Assembly (NCBI RefSeq): GCF_003790525.1
Contig: NZ_CP033635.1
Source: Escherichia coli
GTDB taxonomy: Bacteria > Pseudomonadota > Gammaproteobacteria > Enterobacterales > Enterobacteriaceae
Length of the DNA stretch: 64,000 nucleotides
Direction: 5' to 3' (one strand)
The position numbers were made by a program, and so were the translations under genes. The first letter of the stretch is position 1, and every line of letters begins with the position of its first letter. The notes under the pieces are model-generated. The model saw nothing but the letters and a program-made list of their open reading frames with translations. It was not told the DNA's origin and made no database searches. Of the stretch, positions 11,747-21,594 are shown in pieces.

Positions 11747-12733
11747 TTAACCGAAGCGAACATCTCGTCCATGCGGTTCATCGAGATCCTGCCACGGACC
11801 AATTGAAATAATCCCCGTAGGGTTGATGGTCTTATGGCTGCGGAAGTAATGATTACGGATGTGATCGAAATTGACTGTTTCGGCAATTCCCGGCATCTGG
11901 TAGATATCGCGCAGGAAGCCATACAGATTCAGGTAATCGCTGATGCGGTGCTTATCACACTTGAAGTGGGTCACATACACTGGATCAAAACGCACCAGCG
12001 TGGTCCACAGGCGAATATCGGCTTCGGTTAGCTGGTTGCCGGTCAGGTAACGGTGCTGACCTAAAATCTGTTCCAGTCGCGCCAGCGATTCAAACACTTT
12101 CGCCACCGCCTCGTCGTAAGCTTGCTGGCTGGTGGCAAAACCGGCTTTATACACGCCGTTGTTAACAGTGTCATAAATCCAGCCGTTAAGTTCGTCAATT
12201 TTCGTTTGCAGGGCTGGTGGGTAGTAATCACCCGCTTTCGCGCCCAGCGCATCAAACGCGGTATTGAACATGCGTATGATTTCTGCTGATTCGTTGCTGA
12301 CGATGGTGTGGTTCTTTTTGTCCCACAGCACGGGAACAGTCACTCGTCCGCTGTAGTGTGGATCGGCGTGGAGATAAAGCTGATACAGAAATTCATGTTG
12401 ATAGAGCGTGTCGCCGGTTGCTCCCGGAAAACTGTCATCAAAGGTCCAGCCGTTTTCCAGCATCAGCGGGTTCACTACGGAAACGGAAATAAACGGTTCC
12501 AGTCCTTTGAGTTTACGCATGATCAGCGTGCGGTGCGCCCACGGGCAGGCGAGTGAAACATAGAGATGATAACGATCTTTCTCTGCGATAAAACCGCCTT
12601 TGCCAGTGGGGCCTGGCGCGCCATCGGCAGTGAGCCAGTTACGAAATGCGGAAGCTGAACGTTGAAATTTACCGCCGGTAGATTTGGTATCGTACCAGGT
12701 GTCATGCCAGACGCCGTCAATCAGTTGACCCAT
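11747..12733 (-). CDS. yqjG: glutathionyl-hydroquinone reductase (GST Xi class)
   Basis: ORF 11747..12916; start placed at MGQLIDGVWHDTWYDTKSTGGKFQRSAS... (328 aa) with cat at 12731-12733. Confidence 0.88.
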   Translation of the reverse strand: MGQLIDGVWHDTWYDTKSTGGKFQRSASAFRNWLTADGAPGPTGKGGFIAEKDRYHLYVSLACPWAHRTLIMRKLKGLEPFISVSVVNPLMLENGWTFDDSFPGATGDTLYQHEFLYQLYLHADPHYSGRVTVPVLWDKKNHTIVSNESAEIIRMFNTAFDALGAKAGDYYPPALQTKIDELNGWIYDTVNNGVYKAGFATSQQAYDEAVAKVFESLARLEQILGQHRYLTGNQLTEADIRLWTTLVRFDPVYVTHFKCDKHRISDYLNLYGFLRDIYQMPGIAETVNFDHIRNHYFRSHKTINPTGIISIGPWQDLDEPHGRDVRFG

Positions 12734-12789
12734 TTTTCTCTCCTCCAATAGCAAAAACGAGGAGCGTTTCTCCTCGTTTGAGACTGATG

Positions 12790-12905
12790 GCAAACGCAAA
12801 ACTGCCTGATGCGCTATGCTTATCAGGCCTACGAGGTTTCTGCAATGTATTGAATTTGCATGTTTTTGTAGGCCGGATAAGGCGTTCACGCCGCATCCGG
12901 CATGA
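12790..12905. repeat. REP element cluster
   Basis: gcctgatgcgctatgcttatcaggcctac ... taggccggataaggcgttcacgccgcatccggca REP units between yqjG and yqjF. Confidence 0.55.
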
Positions 12906-12980
12906 ACAACGCGCACTTTGTCAACAATCTGAAACGAGGAGTGTTCCTCCTCGTTTTTTATTGTTAAGTATAGCGCGTGC

Positions 12981-13373
12981 TTACCACTTTTTATTCAGCA
13001 GGCGGTCGATGCTATACGCGCCTGGACCGGTAATTGCCAGCAGCAGGAATCCGCCAGAAATCGTCAGGTTTTTCATGAACATCAGCGAGTTGACGCCTTC
13101 AGCAAAGTTGCTGTGAAATAAAAATGCCGTCAGCAGCGTAAAGCCCGCAGTAAACAGGGCTGTGGTACGTGTCAGGAAACCGAACAGGATTGCCAGACCA
13201 CCACCAAACTCAAGCAGAATCACCAGCGGCAGCATAAAGCCGGGGACGCCCATTGCTTCCATATATTGTTGGGTACCCGCGTAGCCAGTAATTTTTCCCC
13301 AGCCTGCGGTAATAAACAGAATCGGCATTAAAATACGCGCTACCAGTACACCAACATCTTCTAATTTTTTCAT
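12981..13373 (-). CDS. yqjF: DoxX-family inner membrane protein
   Basis: ORF 12981..13463; start at MKKLEDVGVLVARILMPILFITAGWGK (130 aa) by K-12 recall. Confidence 0.8.
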   Translation of the reverse strand: MKKLEDVGVLVARILMPILFITAGWGKITGYAGTQQYMEAMGVPGFMLPLVILLEFGGGLAILFGFLTRTTALFTAGFTLLTAFLFHSNFAEGVNSLMFMKNLTISGGFLLLAITGPGAYSIDRLLNKKW

Positions 13374-13558
13374 CATACTCTCCACTGCGCCGCTCAGGCT
13401 GCTGATTGTTTTTTTGTGCAAGGGCGCGCTATTAGCGTCGTTGCTGTCGATGGAGAGAATCATAAACGTGGCGAAGCGTGATTGTTAGCAAGGAAAATTG
13501 TCAAAAATCTTCAAAAAATTTGAGGGATAAGGCCGGAATGGCTCCGGCCAGAGGGAAG

Positions 13559-13858
13559 TTAACCGCGAAGCTGTTGCTGCTTGAGGGTCGTTTTAACCAG
13601 ACGCCAGGCGCTCCATACGCCAAAACCGCGTCTGGCCCAGCGGACCAGCATATTAGGATGGCGAATCGTCCAGATCGCCATCACGCTACTGCCAACCAGC
13701 GCCCAGGAGCGCAGACTTAGCAGCATATTCCAGCGACGATCGTAAGCGCCTGTTGCCTCCAGCCATTCACGACGACTGGCAGAAAGATCCAGCCGTTGTT
13801 GCTGGATCTGGCTAAGCAGTTGCGCCTTACGTCGTTCACGTTCGACTTTACTGCTCAC
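13559..13858 (-). CDS. yqjK: small conserved protein YqjK
   Basis: Product (M)SSKVERERRKAQLLSQIQQQRLDLSASRREW... Likely GTG start at 13856-13858, overlapping the 3' end of yqjE. Confidence 0.65.
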   Translation of the reverse strand: MSSKVERERRKAQLLSQIQQQRLDLSASRREWLEATGAYDRRWNMLLSLRSWALVGSSVMAIWTIRHPNMLVRWARRGFGVWSAWRLVKTTLKQQQLRG

Positions 13859-14252
13859 GGGACTCCTCCTCGAGCAGCTGCCGATCGTTTGCCAGCTCAT
13901 GGCGTGTATGGCGCAGCAAGGTGGATTTACGCGATTTACGTAACGTCCAGATACCGCCAATCAGTGCCAGTAGCAGCAACACCACGGTGGTGGCAATCAT
14001 CGCATTCAGGCGATATTGCGGATCAACCGCCCAAATAATTAGCACCATCAGGCTCATAAGACCAAATGCAGCGAAAAGCATCGTCAGGCCCAGCATCAGT
14101 AAAAGTTGAAAGAGATTCGCTTTTTCCTCTTCCAGCTCCACCACCGCCAGCCGCAGACGTGTTTCCACCATTTCAACCATGATGGAAACAATTCGCTGCC
14201 CGATGCCCAGAACGCTTTTACCGGGCCCTTGCGCGTGATGAGTGTCCGCCAT
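13848..14252 (-). CDS. yqjE: DUF1469 inner membrane protein
   Basis: ORF 13848..14321; start at MADTHHAQGPGKSVLGIG... (134 aa) by K-12 recall. Confidence 0.8.
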   Translation of the reverse strand: MADTHHAQGPGKSVLGIGQRIVSIMVEMVETRLRLAVVELEEEKANLFQLLLMLGLTMLFAAFGLMSLMVLIIWAVDPQYRLNAMIATTVVLLLLALIGGIWTLRKSRKSTLLRHTRHELANDRQLLEEESREQ

Positions 14253-14254
14253 AA

Positions 14255-14560
14255 TTAACGACGCGACAGCAGAACGCCGAGCACTACACCGATTGCAGCG
14301 CCAATGCCCACGCCGGTCCACGGATTTTCACGCACATACTCATCGGCACGCGCCGCCGCGACACGGGTTTGTTTGGCGATGGCATCACCGGTTTCACCCA
14401 GGCGATAACGGCTCTGTTTCAGTGCCTGCTCCGCTTTGCTACGAATCTTACTCAACTCTTCTTTCGACTTCTCGCCAGATGAGCTAAGCACCTCTTCCAG
14501 CGTATCGGAAAGGGATTTCAACTCAGCACGCAGATGTTCCGTAGTGTGTTCTTTCGACAT
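14255..14560 (-). CDS. yqjD: ribosome-associated membrane protein (ElaB/YqjD family)
   Basis: 101-aa ORF MSKEHTTEHLRAELKSLSDTLEEVLSSSGEKSKEE... with a C-terminal TM helix. Confidence 0.85.
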   Translation of the reverse strand: MSKEHTTEHLRAELKSLSDTLEEVLSSSGEKSKEELSKIRSKAEQALKQSRYRLGETGDAIAKQTRVAAARADEYVRENPWTGVGIGAAIGVVLGVLLSRR

Positions 14561-14597
14561 AGTTTTCTCCAGGTGAGTAAGTAGTGACTATTGTGAG

Positions 14598-14966
14598 TTA
14601 GTAGTCGCGCGCTTCCAGCTTTTTCAGCTCTTCCTGCGCTTCTGCCAGTTTCCGTTCGCGTTTGGCAATCTTATCTGCATCGCCTTTTTGCTTCGCCTCG
14701 GCTAAATCTTGCTGGCGTTCCGCCACCTCATCTTTCTGCTTTGCGATTTTCTTCTGATGATCGGCACGCAGTTGGCTATCTGAACAGTTGGCCCGGACTT
14801 CACTCAGGGCTTTATTCAGACCGTCAATACGATTCTGGTTTTGGTGTTTTTCGGCATAGCTGATCTCCTTAAGGATATTTTGCTCCTTTTCCTGACACAG
14901 GGTAGTGGCATAACTACCGGCACTAAGAGCAAAGAGAGAAACAGCTAAAGCGATGCGGTATTTCAT
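14598..14966 (-). CDS. yqjC: DUF1090 periplasmic protein
   Basis: ORF 14598..14981; start at MKYRIALAVSLFALSAGSYA (signal peptide) and a Lys/Glu-rich coiled-coil-like body. Confidence 0.8.
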   Translation of the reverse strand: MKYRIALAVSLFALSAGSYATTLCQEKEQNILKEISYAEKHQNQNRIDGLNKALSEVRANCSDSQLRADHQKKIAKQKDEVAERQQDLAEAKQKGDADKIAKRERKLAEAQEELKKLEARDY

Positions 14967-15112
14967 TCTTGAACCTTCCATTGTGATTCGGACCTATTAC
15001 AAAGGAACGATTGTCCAGACAACGAAGCGGTCGTGTTAACCACCGCCCCATTAATCATAGACAGTTACGGTGAAATCACCAAAGTGAGTGATCTGTTTCG
15101 GATAACAGGAAG

Positions 15113-15496
15113 TTATCCGAAGCGATGAGAGTTATCCCGCAACCGGGTCAGCCACTGCATTGCCTGACTATTATTGTCCTGCTGCGCAATGATGTAGCCA
15201 TGGGGCAATGTTCTGTCGAGGACCGCTTTTGCGGCGGCGCTCTGGTCGCTGGAGTCAAAGGTAATTAACAGAGTGTCGTTTTTGGGGGTGATACTTTTGA
15301 AAGGAATGCCGTGAGCGTCAAGGTGATGCCAGATTGAAAAACCGTCTGGCATCGTTGTGCCTTGATGAACGGCACGAATCGCCAGCGTAGACTCTTGCTG
15401 GCGAACCGCGGACCAGGCCAGCAACAGCGTGCCGACCAGAAGTAAAACAGCGCCGGACCAGGCTAGCTGGCGAAGTGACATGCGAGGTATTTGCAT
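15113..15496 (-). CDS. mzrA: modulator of EnvZ/OmpR (MzrA)
   Basis: 127-aa [37 protein letters not shown]...; K-12 recall. Confidence 0.85.
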   Translation of the reverse strand: MQIPRMSLRQLAWSGAVLLLVGTLLLAWSAVRQQESTLAIRAVHQGTTMPDGFSIWHHLDAHGIPFKSITPKNDTLLITFDSSDQSAAAKAVLDRTLPHGYIIAQQDNNSQAMQWLTRLRDNSHRFG

Positions 15497-15499
15497 CCC

Positions 15500-16162
15500 T
15501 TACCCCCGATTTCCATATTTCTTTTTCCATAACACAACCAGAGAACCTGCCAGGCCAAACACCAGCAGCACCACCGGGAGCAGCATCAGGCATGACATCA
15601 GCTGGTCCTCGTACTTTAAAAATACCGGCGTTTTGCCGAGCATGTAACCCAGAGTTGTCAGGATCAATACCCACAGCAGACCACTCATCCAGTTGAAGAA
15701 CTGAAAGCGCGCGTTATTCAGCCCTGATAACCCGGCAATCGTCGGCAGCAGTGTTCTGACAAACGCAATAAAGCGACCAATTAACAGCGCCGATAAACCG
15801 TGTTTATGAAAAAGATGGTGTGCGCGTTGATGATAATGCGCGGGTAAATGAGATAGCCAGTTTTGTACGGTGCGGGTATTGCCCAGCCATCGCCCCTGAA
15901 TATAGCTGACCCAGCAGCCGAGGCTGGCGGCAACGGTCAGCAGCAGAATCGTTTGCGGATAGCCCATCGCGCCTTTCGCAATCAATACGCCGACCAGTAC
16001 CAGTAAACTGTCGCCCGGTAAAAAGGCCGCCGGAAGCAAGCCGTTTTCAAGGAACAAAATGACAAACAAGACAAAATACAACATGCCAATCATCGACGGA
16101 TTGGCCAGGGTTTCAAAATCCTGCGCCCACAGGGCTTGCAGCAATTGGGTCAAAAGTTCCAT
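15500..16162 (-). CDS. yqjA: DedA-family inner membrane protein
   Basis: 220-aa multi-[35 protein letters not shown]...; K-12 recall. Confidence 0.88.
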   Translation of the reverse strand: MELLTQLLQALWAQDFETLANPSMIGMLYFVLFVILFLENGLLPAAFLPGDSLLVLVGVLIAKGAMGYPQTILLLTVAASLGCWVSYIQGRWLGNTRTVQNWLSHLPAHYHQRAHHLFHKHGLSALLIGRFIAFVRTLLPTIAGLSGLNNARFQFFNWMSGLLWVLILTTLGYMLGKTPVFLKYEDQLMSCLMLLPVVLLVFGLAGSLVVLWKKKYGNRG

Positions 16163-16506
16163 TCATTATTCCTGGTGAATCGGTTAACGCCACGCTGGTT
16201 TTAAATGATGCACTACCGCAATGTTATTGCTGTTTTGGTATGTTTTGCGGGTTTGATACATCAACACAGCCTGAACTATTCCCTGTTAAATCGTGAGATA
16301 AGAAAGCATTCAAAAGCATAAATTCAAATTGAATCTAATTGTAACAAAGGTCAACGTTGTTCGTTATCAAAATTACATGTCCGTGGAGTCTGATTTTGCT
16401 GAATGCAGGGGAGGGAGGCGAGAGGATTTACACAGGCTGACACTTTATACTTTTCGCTTACCGACGAGACAAACAGGCGCACTGTAGCGCCTGTCGGACA
16501 GGAATT

Positions 16507-17283
16507 TCATTTACTGCCGCTGGTGGCTGTATCGAGATGCACCACCGGGTTTTCGGCGAACAGATAGCGGTCGGCATTGAACTCGAAATCGTCGCTGGTT
16601 TCGTTAAATAACATGATCTTGGTGTTTTCCAGGTGCTGCCACATTGCCAGCTTAGCAGCATGAGGATCTTTGCGAATCAGCGCCTTGAGGATTTGATCGT
16701 GGTCATCACACCAGTTATCGACGGTACGGGCATCAATGTGTTCGTGCAGTTTTTTCCAGTACGGGTTATGACTACGCTGGGTCCACATTTTTTCAACGAT
16801 AGCCGCCAGGGCGGAGTTCTGCGTCGCCAGGGCTACCTGAATATGGAACTGCAAATCCCACTCGGAATCACGGAAGCATTGTTCGCCGCGCGCCTGCTCC
16901 TGGATGGCCATCAATTTCATGATGTCCTGTTTTGTGACCTGAGTTGCCGCGAACTCGGCAATATTACTTTCGATGAGCTGGCGGGCTTGCAGTAGCTCAA
17001 ACGGACCGTAATTGGCAAACTCCATATTATTGTCAGCCGATTGCTGATGGCGCGGCTGGTTGGAAACCACATGAATACCTGAACCTTTACGCACTTCGAC
17101 ATAGCCTTCAACTTCCAGCATGATGATGGCTTCACGAACCACGGTGCGGCTGACGTTTTTTTCATCGGCAATAAAGCGTTCGGCAGGCAGTTTATCACCT
17201 ACCAGATAGACGCCCTGTTCGATGCGCTCTTTCAGATCAGCGGCAAGTTGTTGATACAAACGGCGTGGTTCAGTGATTTCCAT
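16507..17283 (-). CDS. exuR: GntR-family hexuronate regulon repressor
   Basis: ORF 16507..17346; start at [24 protein letters not shown] (258 aa); N-terminal GntR HTH plus FCD domain. Confidence 0.9.
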   Translation of the reverse strand: MEITEPRRLYQQLAADLKERIEQGVYLVGDKLPAERFIADEKNVSRTVVREAIIMLEVEGYVEVRKGSGIHVVSNQPRHQQSADNNMEFANYGPFELLQARQLIESNIAEFAATQVTKQDIMKLMAIQEQARGEQCFRDSEWDLQFHIQVALATQNSALAAIVEKMWTQRSHNPYWKKLHEHIDARTVDNWCDDHDQILKALIRKDPHAAKLAMWQHLENTKIMLFNETSDDFEFNADRYLFAENPVVHLDTATSGSK

Positions 17284-17572
17284 ATGCGTCTCCAGGAGTG
17301 GAATGCGGACAAAGTTATCATACCACTTTATGCATGCGTATGCCATTGTTAAAATATAAATCGAATGATTGAAATAATATTATTTATTGATGTTATGAAT
17401 ATTAATATATTCCTAAAATTGATTATGTTGAATTGTGAAAAAACATATTTTTCAGTAGGTTGTATTTTTTTGAGAATAAATAATTTTATCTAAAGATGCT
17501 TTTTTGTGTTGACTTGAAAAATAGTATGATTTCTAATGCGCCAACTTTTTATGAAATAATTTAACTGATTAA

Positions 17573-18289
17573 ATGGTGGCGAAAATTAATCGATTATTAC
17601 GGCTCGGGCCTGTCTTACTTCTGTGCACATCATTTTTCGCACAATCTAATATGACTGTATATCCTATGTCTGTATCTATAAACAGTCAGGGAGAAGGAAG
17701 TGTTCGTGTAATATCGAAAACGAATGAAGTCCAATATATAAAGGCAACCGTATTTCGTATCGATAATCCATCAACACCACAAGAAAAAGAAATCGAAGTA
17801 ACTTCAGGCGATGCAAACCAACTTGTGATAATGCCGCCCAAATTTGCTTTGCCTGGCGGTAGTAGCAAAACCGTGCGTTTTGTGGCAATGGAACCTGAGC
17901 AAAAAGAAAAAAACTATCGGGTTAAATTTGAAGCTGTACCCAGCATTGATGATGCAACAGATAATAAAAAAGATCTCTCCATGCAATTAACGGTTAACTT
18001 AATTTGGGGGATTGTTGTCAGCGTGCCACCTCAGCAGCCTGTGGCAAAGTTAGATATTAACGCCGATAAAAAGCTAATCAATAATGGCAATCAACGTCTG
18101 AAGATATTAACCATTGCCTATTGTAAAAATAGTGGTTCTGCGGAGTGCAGAACACAGACCGTAAATAAAAACATTTTCCCTGGTCAGGAAAGAGTTTTAG
18201 AAAGCATATCTGGCTACGATAAAATCGTTGTCAAATATAATAACTGGATCACCAAGGACAATGGCGAGTTTGAGCTGGCGGTCCATTAA
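17573..18289 (+). CDS. class-5 fimbrial periplasmic chaperone (CfaA/CooB-like)
   Basis: 238 aa with signal peptide; ...NMTVYPMSVS... and ...KNYRVKFEAVPS... parallel CfaA motifs (NFMIYPIS, YRVYFEAV); first gene of a chaperone-pilin-usher-adhesin array. Confidence 0.85.
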   Translation: MVAKINRLLRLGPVLLLCTSFFAQSNMTVYPMSVSINSQGEGSVRVISKTNEVQYIKATVFRIDNPSTPQEKEIEVTSGDANQLVIMPPKFALPGGSSKTVRFVAMEPEQKEKNYRVKFEAVPSIDDATDNKKDLSMQLTVNLIWGIVVSVPPQQPVAKLDINADKKLINNGNQRLKILTIAYCKNSGSAECRTQTVNKNIFPGQERVLESISGYDKIVVKYNNWITKDNGEFELAVH

Positions 18290-18318
18290 TTATCATTGTA
18301 ATAAACCAAGGAATAGTA

Positions 18319-18819
18319 ATGAAAAAGGTATTCGCAAAATCTCTTCTGGTAGCGGCAATGTTTTCCGTTGCAGGTTCTGCATTAGCAGTACAAAAAGATA
18401 TCACTGTTACTGCTAACGTTGATGCTGCTCTGGATATGACGCAGACCGATAATACTGCACTGCCGAAGGCAGTAGAAATGCAATATCTGCCAGGTCAGGG
18501 TCTGCAATCTTACCAGTTAATGACTAAAATCTGGTCAAATGACACGACCAAAGACGTGAAAATGCAGTTAGTTTCGCCTGCGCAACTGGTTCAGAGCCTG
18601 GACGCCAGCAAAATTGTTCCGCTGACCGTAACCTGGGGTGGTGAAGAGATTAAAGCTGATGCGGCAACCACTTTTACCGCAACGAAAATCTTTGCTTCCG
18701 ATGCGTTAACTAACGGTTCGCTGGCTAAACCACTGATGTTTTCCCAGGCTACCAAAGGTGTTCTGGAAACGGGTATCTACCGTGGCGTAGTTAGCATTTA
18801 TCTGTCCCAGGCTCTCTAA
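18319..18819 (+). CDS. class-5 fimbrial major pilin (CfaB/CooA-like)
   Basis: 166 aa; signal peptide MKKVFAKSLLVAAMFSVAGSALA then VQKDITVTANVDAALD..., closely resembling the CFA/I major subunit (VEKNITVTASVDPVIDL...). Confidence 0.85.
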   Translation: MKKVFAKSLLVAAMFSVAGSALAVQKDITVTANVDAALDMTQTDNTALPKAVEMQYLPGQGLQSYQLMTKIWSNDTTKDVKMQLVSPAQLVQSLDASKIVPLTVTWGGEEIKADAATTFTATKIFASDALTNGSLAKPLMFSQATKGVLETGIYRGVVSIYLSQAL

Positions 18820-18891
18820 TCTGGATAACAGAATTAACATGCAATAAAGGGAGGCAAGTCCTCCCTTCTTTTAACTATTTTAGTATTTATT

Positions 18892-21594
18892 ATGGATTAC
18901 AGGACAGCCATGGACAAAAAATTACTGGCTCTTTTGATCCTGGCGAGTCTCAGCCCGGCAAAGGCAACATTAACAAAAATTCCCGCTGGTTTTGAGGTTA
19001 TTGCTCAGGGACAGCAGGAGTATATCGAGGTTTATTTTGCAGGGAAAAGTCTCGGTAAATATTATGCGATGGTTAATCTTGATACCGTAACCTTTCTTGA
19101 TTCATCAAGTTTATACAGCAAACTTGAATTGAGCACTGACGATCAAAAAATCGCTCATACAGTGAAAGAAAAACTATCGCAACCCTTAGCTCGCCACGGT
19201 GAACTGGCTTGTGGTTTTGTACGTACTGATTCAGGATGCGGTTTTCTTAATACTGAGACAGTAGAAATAATCTACAATGATGAAGAAAGTTCAGCAACGC
19301 TATTTCTTAATCCGCAATGGAGTTCTGCGTTTAACTCGAAGTCATTGTATTTAAATCCAGACAAAAATACGGTTAACGCTTTTATACATCAGCAAGATAT
19401 TAATGTGCTGGTACAGGATGATTACCAATCGTTGTCAATTCAGGGTAATGGCGCACTGGGAATAACAGAAAATAGCTATATTGGTGCGCACTGGAATTTC
19501 GACGGTTATGATGCAGATGATGTCAGCGACAACAATGTCGATGTCAGCGATCTCTATTACCGCTATGATTTTTTACGCCGTTATTATGTGCAGGCGGGGC
19601 GGATGGACAACCGCACATTATTTAATGCGCAAGGTGGAAACTTTACTTTTAACTTTCTGCCACTCGGTGCCATCGACGGAATGCGTATCGGGTCGACTCT
19701 CAGTTATTTAAACCAGACGCAAAGCCAGCAGGGAACGCCGGTAATGATCCTGCTTTCGCGCAATTCTCGTGTTGATGCTTATCGTAATGAACAACTGTTG
19801 GGATCGTTTTACCTCAATAGTGGTTCGCAATTTATTGATACCAGTTCCTTTCCGCCAGGCAGCTACAGCGTGGCGTTAAAAGTTTATGAAAATAACCAAC
19901 TCACCCGCACCGAGCTTGTACCGTTTACCAAAACCGGCGGTCTGACAGACGGAAATGCCCAGTGGTTCTTGCAGGCAGGTAAAACCACATCACAGGTTTC
20001 TGATGATGAAAGTTCTGCTTATCAGCTAGGCGTACGCCTGCCATTACATCCGCAATATGAGCTCTACGCAGGGCTGGCGAATGCCGATGATGTAAGTGCT
20101 TTCGAGTTAGGCAATAACTGGACGGCAGATTTAGGCGGGGCGGGGAATCTGGCTATCAGTGCCAGCGTGTTCCGTAACGATGACGGCGGCAAAGGCGATA
20201 TGCAACAGGCCAACTGGAGTCATCCGGGATGGCCGACGTTGGGCTTTTATCGGACCAACTCTGACGGTGATGCTTGTACAACCGACAACAGAGAGAGCTA
20301 CAACGCCTTAAGCTGTTATGAAAGTATTTCCGCGACGGTTTCACAGAATTTTGTCGGCTGGAATATGATGCTGGGTTATACCCGCACACAAAATAACACT
20401 GATGATAGTTTGCGCTGGGACAAACAGCAGAGCTTTGAAAATAACTATCTTCGCCAGACTTCGGCTCAAAGCATTTCCGAGACCGTACAACTTAGCGCTT
20501 CTCGCGCTTTTGTGATGCGTGACTGGATTTTGAGTACTTCCCTTGGGGTTTTCCATCGTAATGACAACGGCGGTGGTAGCGATGACAACGGTTTGTATCT
20601 GTCGTTTTCGTTATCTGATACGCCGACGATGGACAGCAATAACAACAGCCATTCAACCAATGTTTCTACTGATTATCGTTATAGCGATCAGGATGGCGAT
20701 CAAACGTCATGGCAGTTATCGCATACCTTTTATAACGACTCATTCAGCCATAAAGAGCTTGGCGTGACCGTCGGCGGTTTGAACACCGATACCATAAACA
20801 GCGCGGTTAACGGGCGTTGGGATGGCCAATATGGAAATGTCTACGCTACTGTCTCAGACAGTTATGATCGCCAGAACCATGATCATCTCTCGGCCTTCAC
20901 CGGGACATACAGCTCCACGCTGGCGGTGAGTCGCTATGGCATCAATTTGGGGGCCAGCGGCTCAGATGATTTGCTGGGAGCGGTGTTGGTGGATGTGAAA
21001 GGTTTCTCTGAACAGGATGAACAGAGTCAGGGTCTGCAACTCGAAGCGCGGGTGGCTGGCAGCAGAACATTGCAGCTTGGTCAAAGCGACAGCGTGTTAT
21101 TCCCCTATCCTGGATTTCAGTCTGGCTTTGTTGAAGTTAACGACAGTAATCAGGGTAACCAGCAAGGAACAACCAACATCATTAACGGTGCGGGAAATCG
21201 TGAGTTAATGCTGTTGCCGGGCAAATTACGTTATCGCGAAGTGTCTGCCAGTTTTAATTACAACTATATTGGTCGTTTGTTATTGCCCGCATCGGTAGAG
21301 AAATTCCCGCTGGTGGGTCTGAATAGCGCCATGTTACTGGTGGCTGAAGATGGCGGATTCACACTTGAGATCAGCAGTGGTGAAAAAGAGTTGTATCTGC
21401 TTTCCGGGCAGCAGTTCCTGAAATGTCCGCTGAATGTTTTGAAGAAACGCGCCAGCATTCGCTATAGCGGGGATGTGAATTGTAGCGTGGTGAGTTATTC
21501 ACAATTGCCGGAATCTATTCAGGTTCAGGCACAGTTGAAACAGCCTAAATTACGTGGAAACGTCCAGACGGCGCAAAGGGAGGTTGCACCATGA
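18892..21594 (+). CDS. class-5 fimbrial outer-membrane usher (CfaC/CooC-like)
   Basis: 900-aa ORF with signal peptide, about the size of CfaC, between pilin and adhesin genes; start may be the second Met at 18910. Confidence 0.85.
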   Translation: MDYRTAMDKKLLALLILASLSPAKATLTKIPAGFEVIAQGQQEYIEVYFAGKSLGKYYAMVNLDTVTFLDSSSLYSKLELSTDDQKIAHTVKEKLSQPLARHGELACGFVRTDSGCGFLNTETVEIIYNDEESSATLFLNPQWSSAFNSKSLYLNPDKNTVNAFIHQQDINVLVQDDYQSLSIQGNGALGITENSYIGAHWNFDGYDADDVSDNNVDVSDLYYRYDFLRRYYVQAGRMDNRTLFNAQGGNFTFNFLPLGAIDGMRIGSTLSYLNQTQSQQGTPVMILLSRNSRVDAYRNEQLLGSFYLNSGSQFIDTSSFPPGSYSVALKVYENNQLTRTELVPFTKTGGLTDGNAQWFLQAGKTTSQVSDDESSAYQLGVRLPLHPQYELYAGLANADDVSAFELGNNWTADLGGAGNLAISASVFRNDDGGKGDMQQANWSHPGWPTLGFYRTNSDGDACTTDNRESYNALSCYESISATVSQNFVGWNMMLGYTRTQNNTDDSLRWDKQQSFENNYLRQTSAQSISETVQLSASRAFVMRDWILSTSLGVFHRNDNGGGSDDNGLYLSFSLSDTPTMDSNNNSHSTNVSTDYRYSDQDGDQTSWQLSHTFYNDSFSHKELGVTVGGLNTDTINSAVNGRWDGQYGNVYATVSDSYDRQNHDHLSAFTGTYSSTLAVSRYGINLGASGSDDLLGAVLVDVKGFSEQDEQSQGLQLEARVAGSRTLQLGQSDSVLFPYPGFQSGFVEVNDSNQGNQQGTTNIINGAGNRELMLLPGKLRYREVSASFNYNYIGRLLLPASVEKFPLVGLNSAMLLVAEDGGFTLEISSGEKELYLLSGQQFLKCPLNVLKKRASIRYSGDVNCSVVSYSQLPESIQVQAQLKQPKLRGNVQTAQREVAP

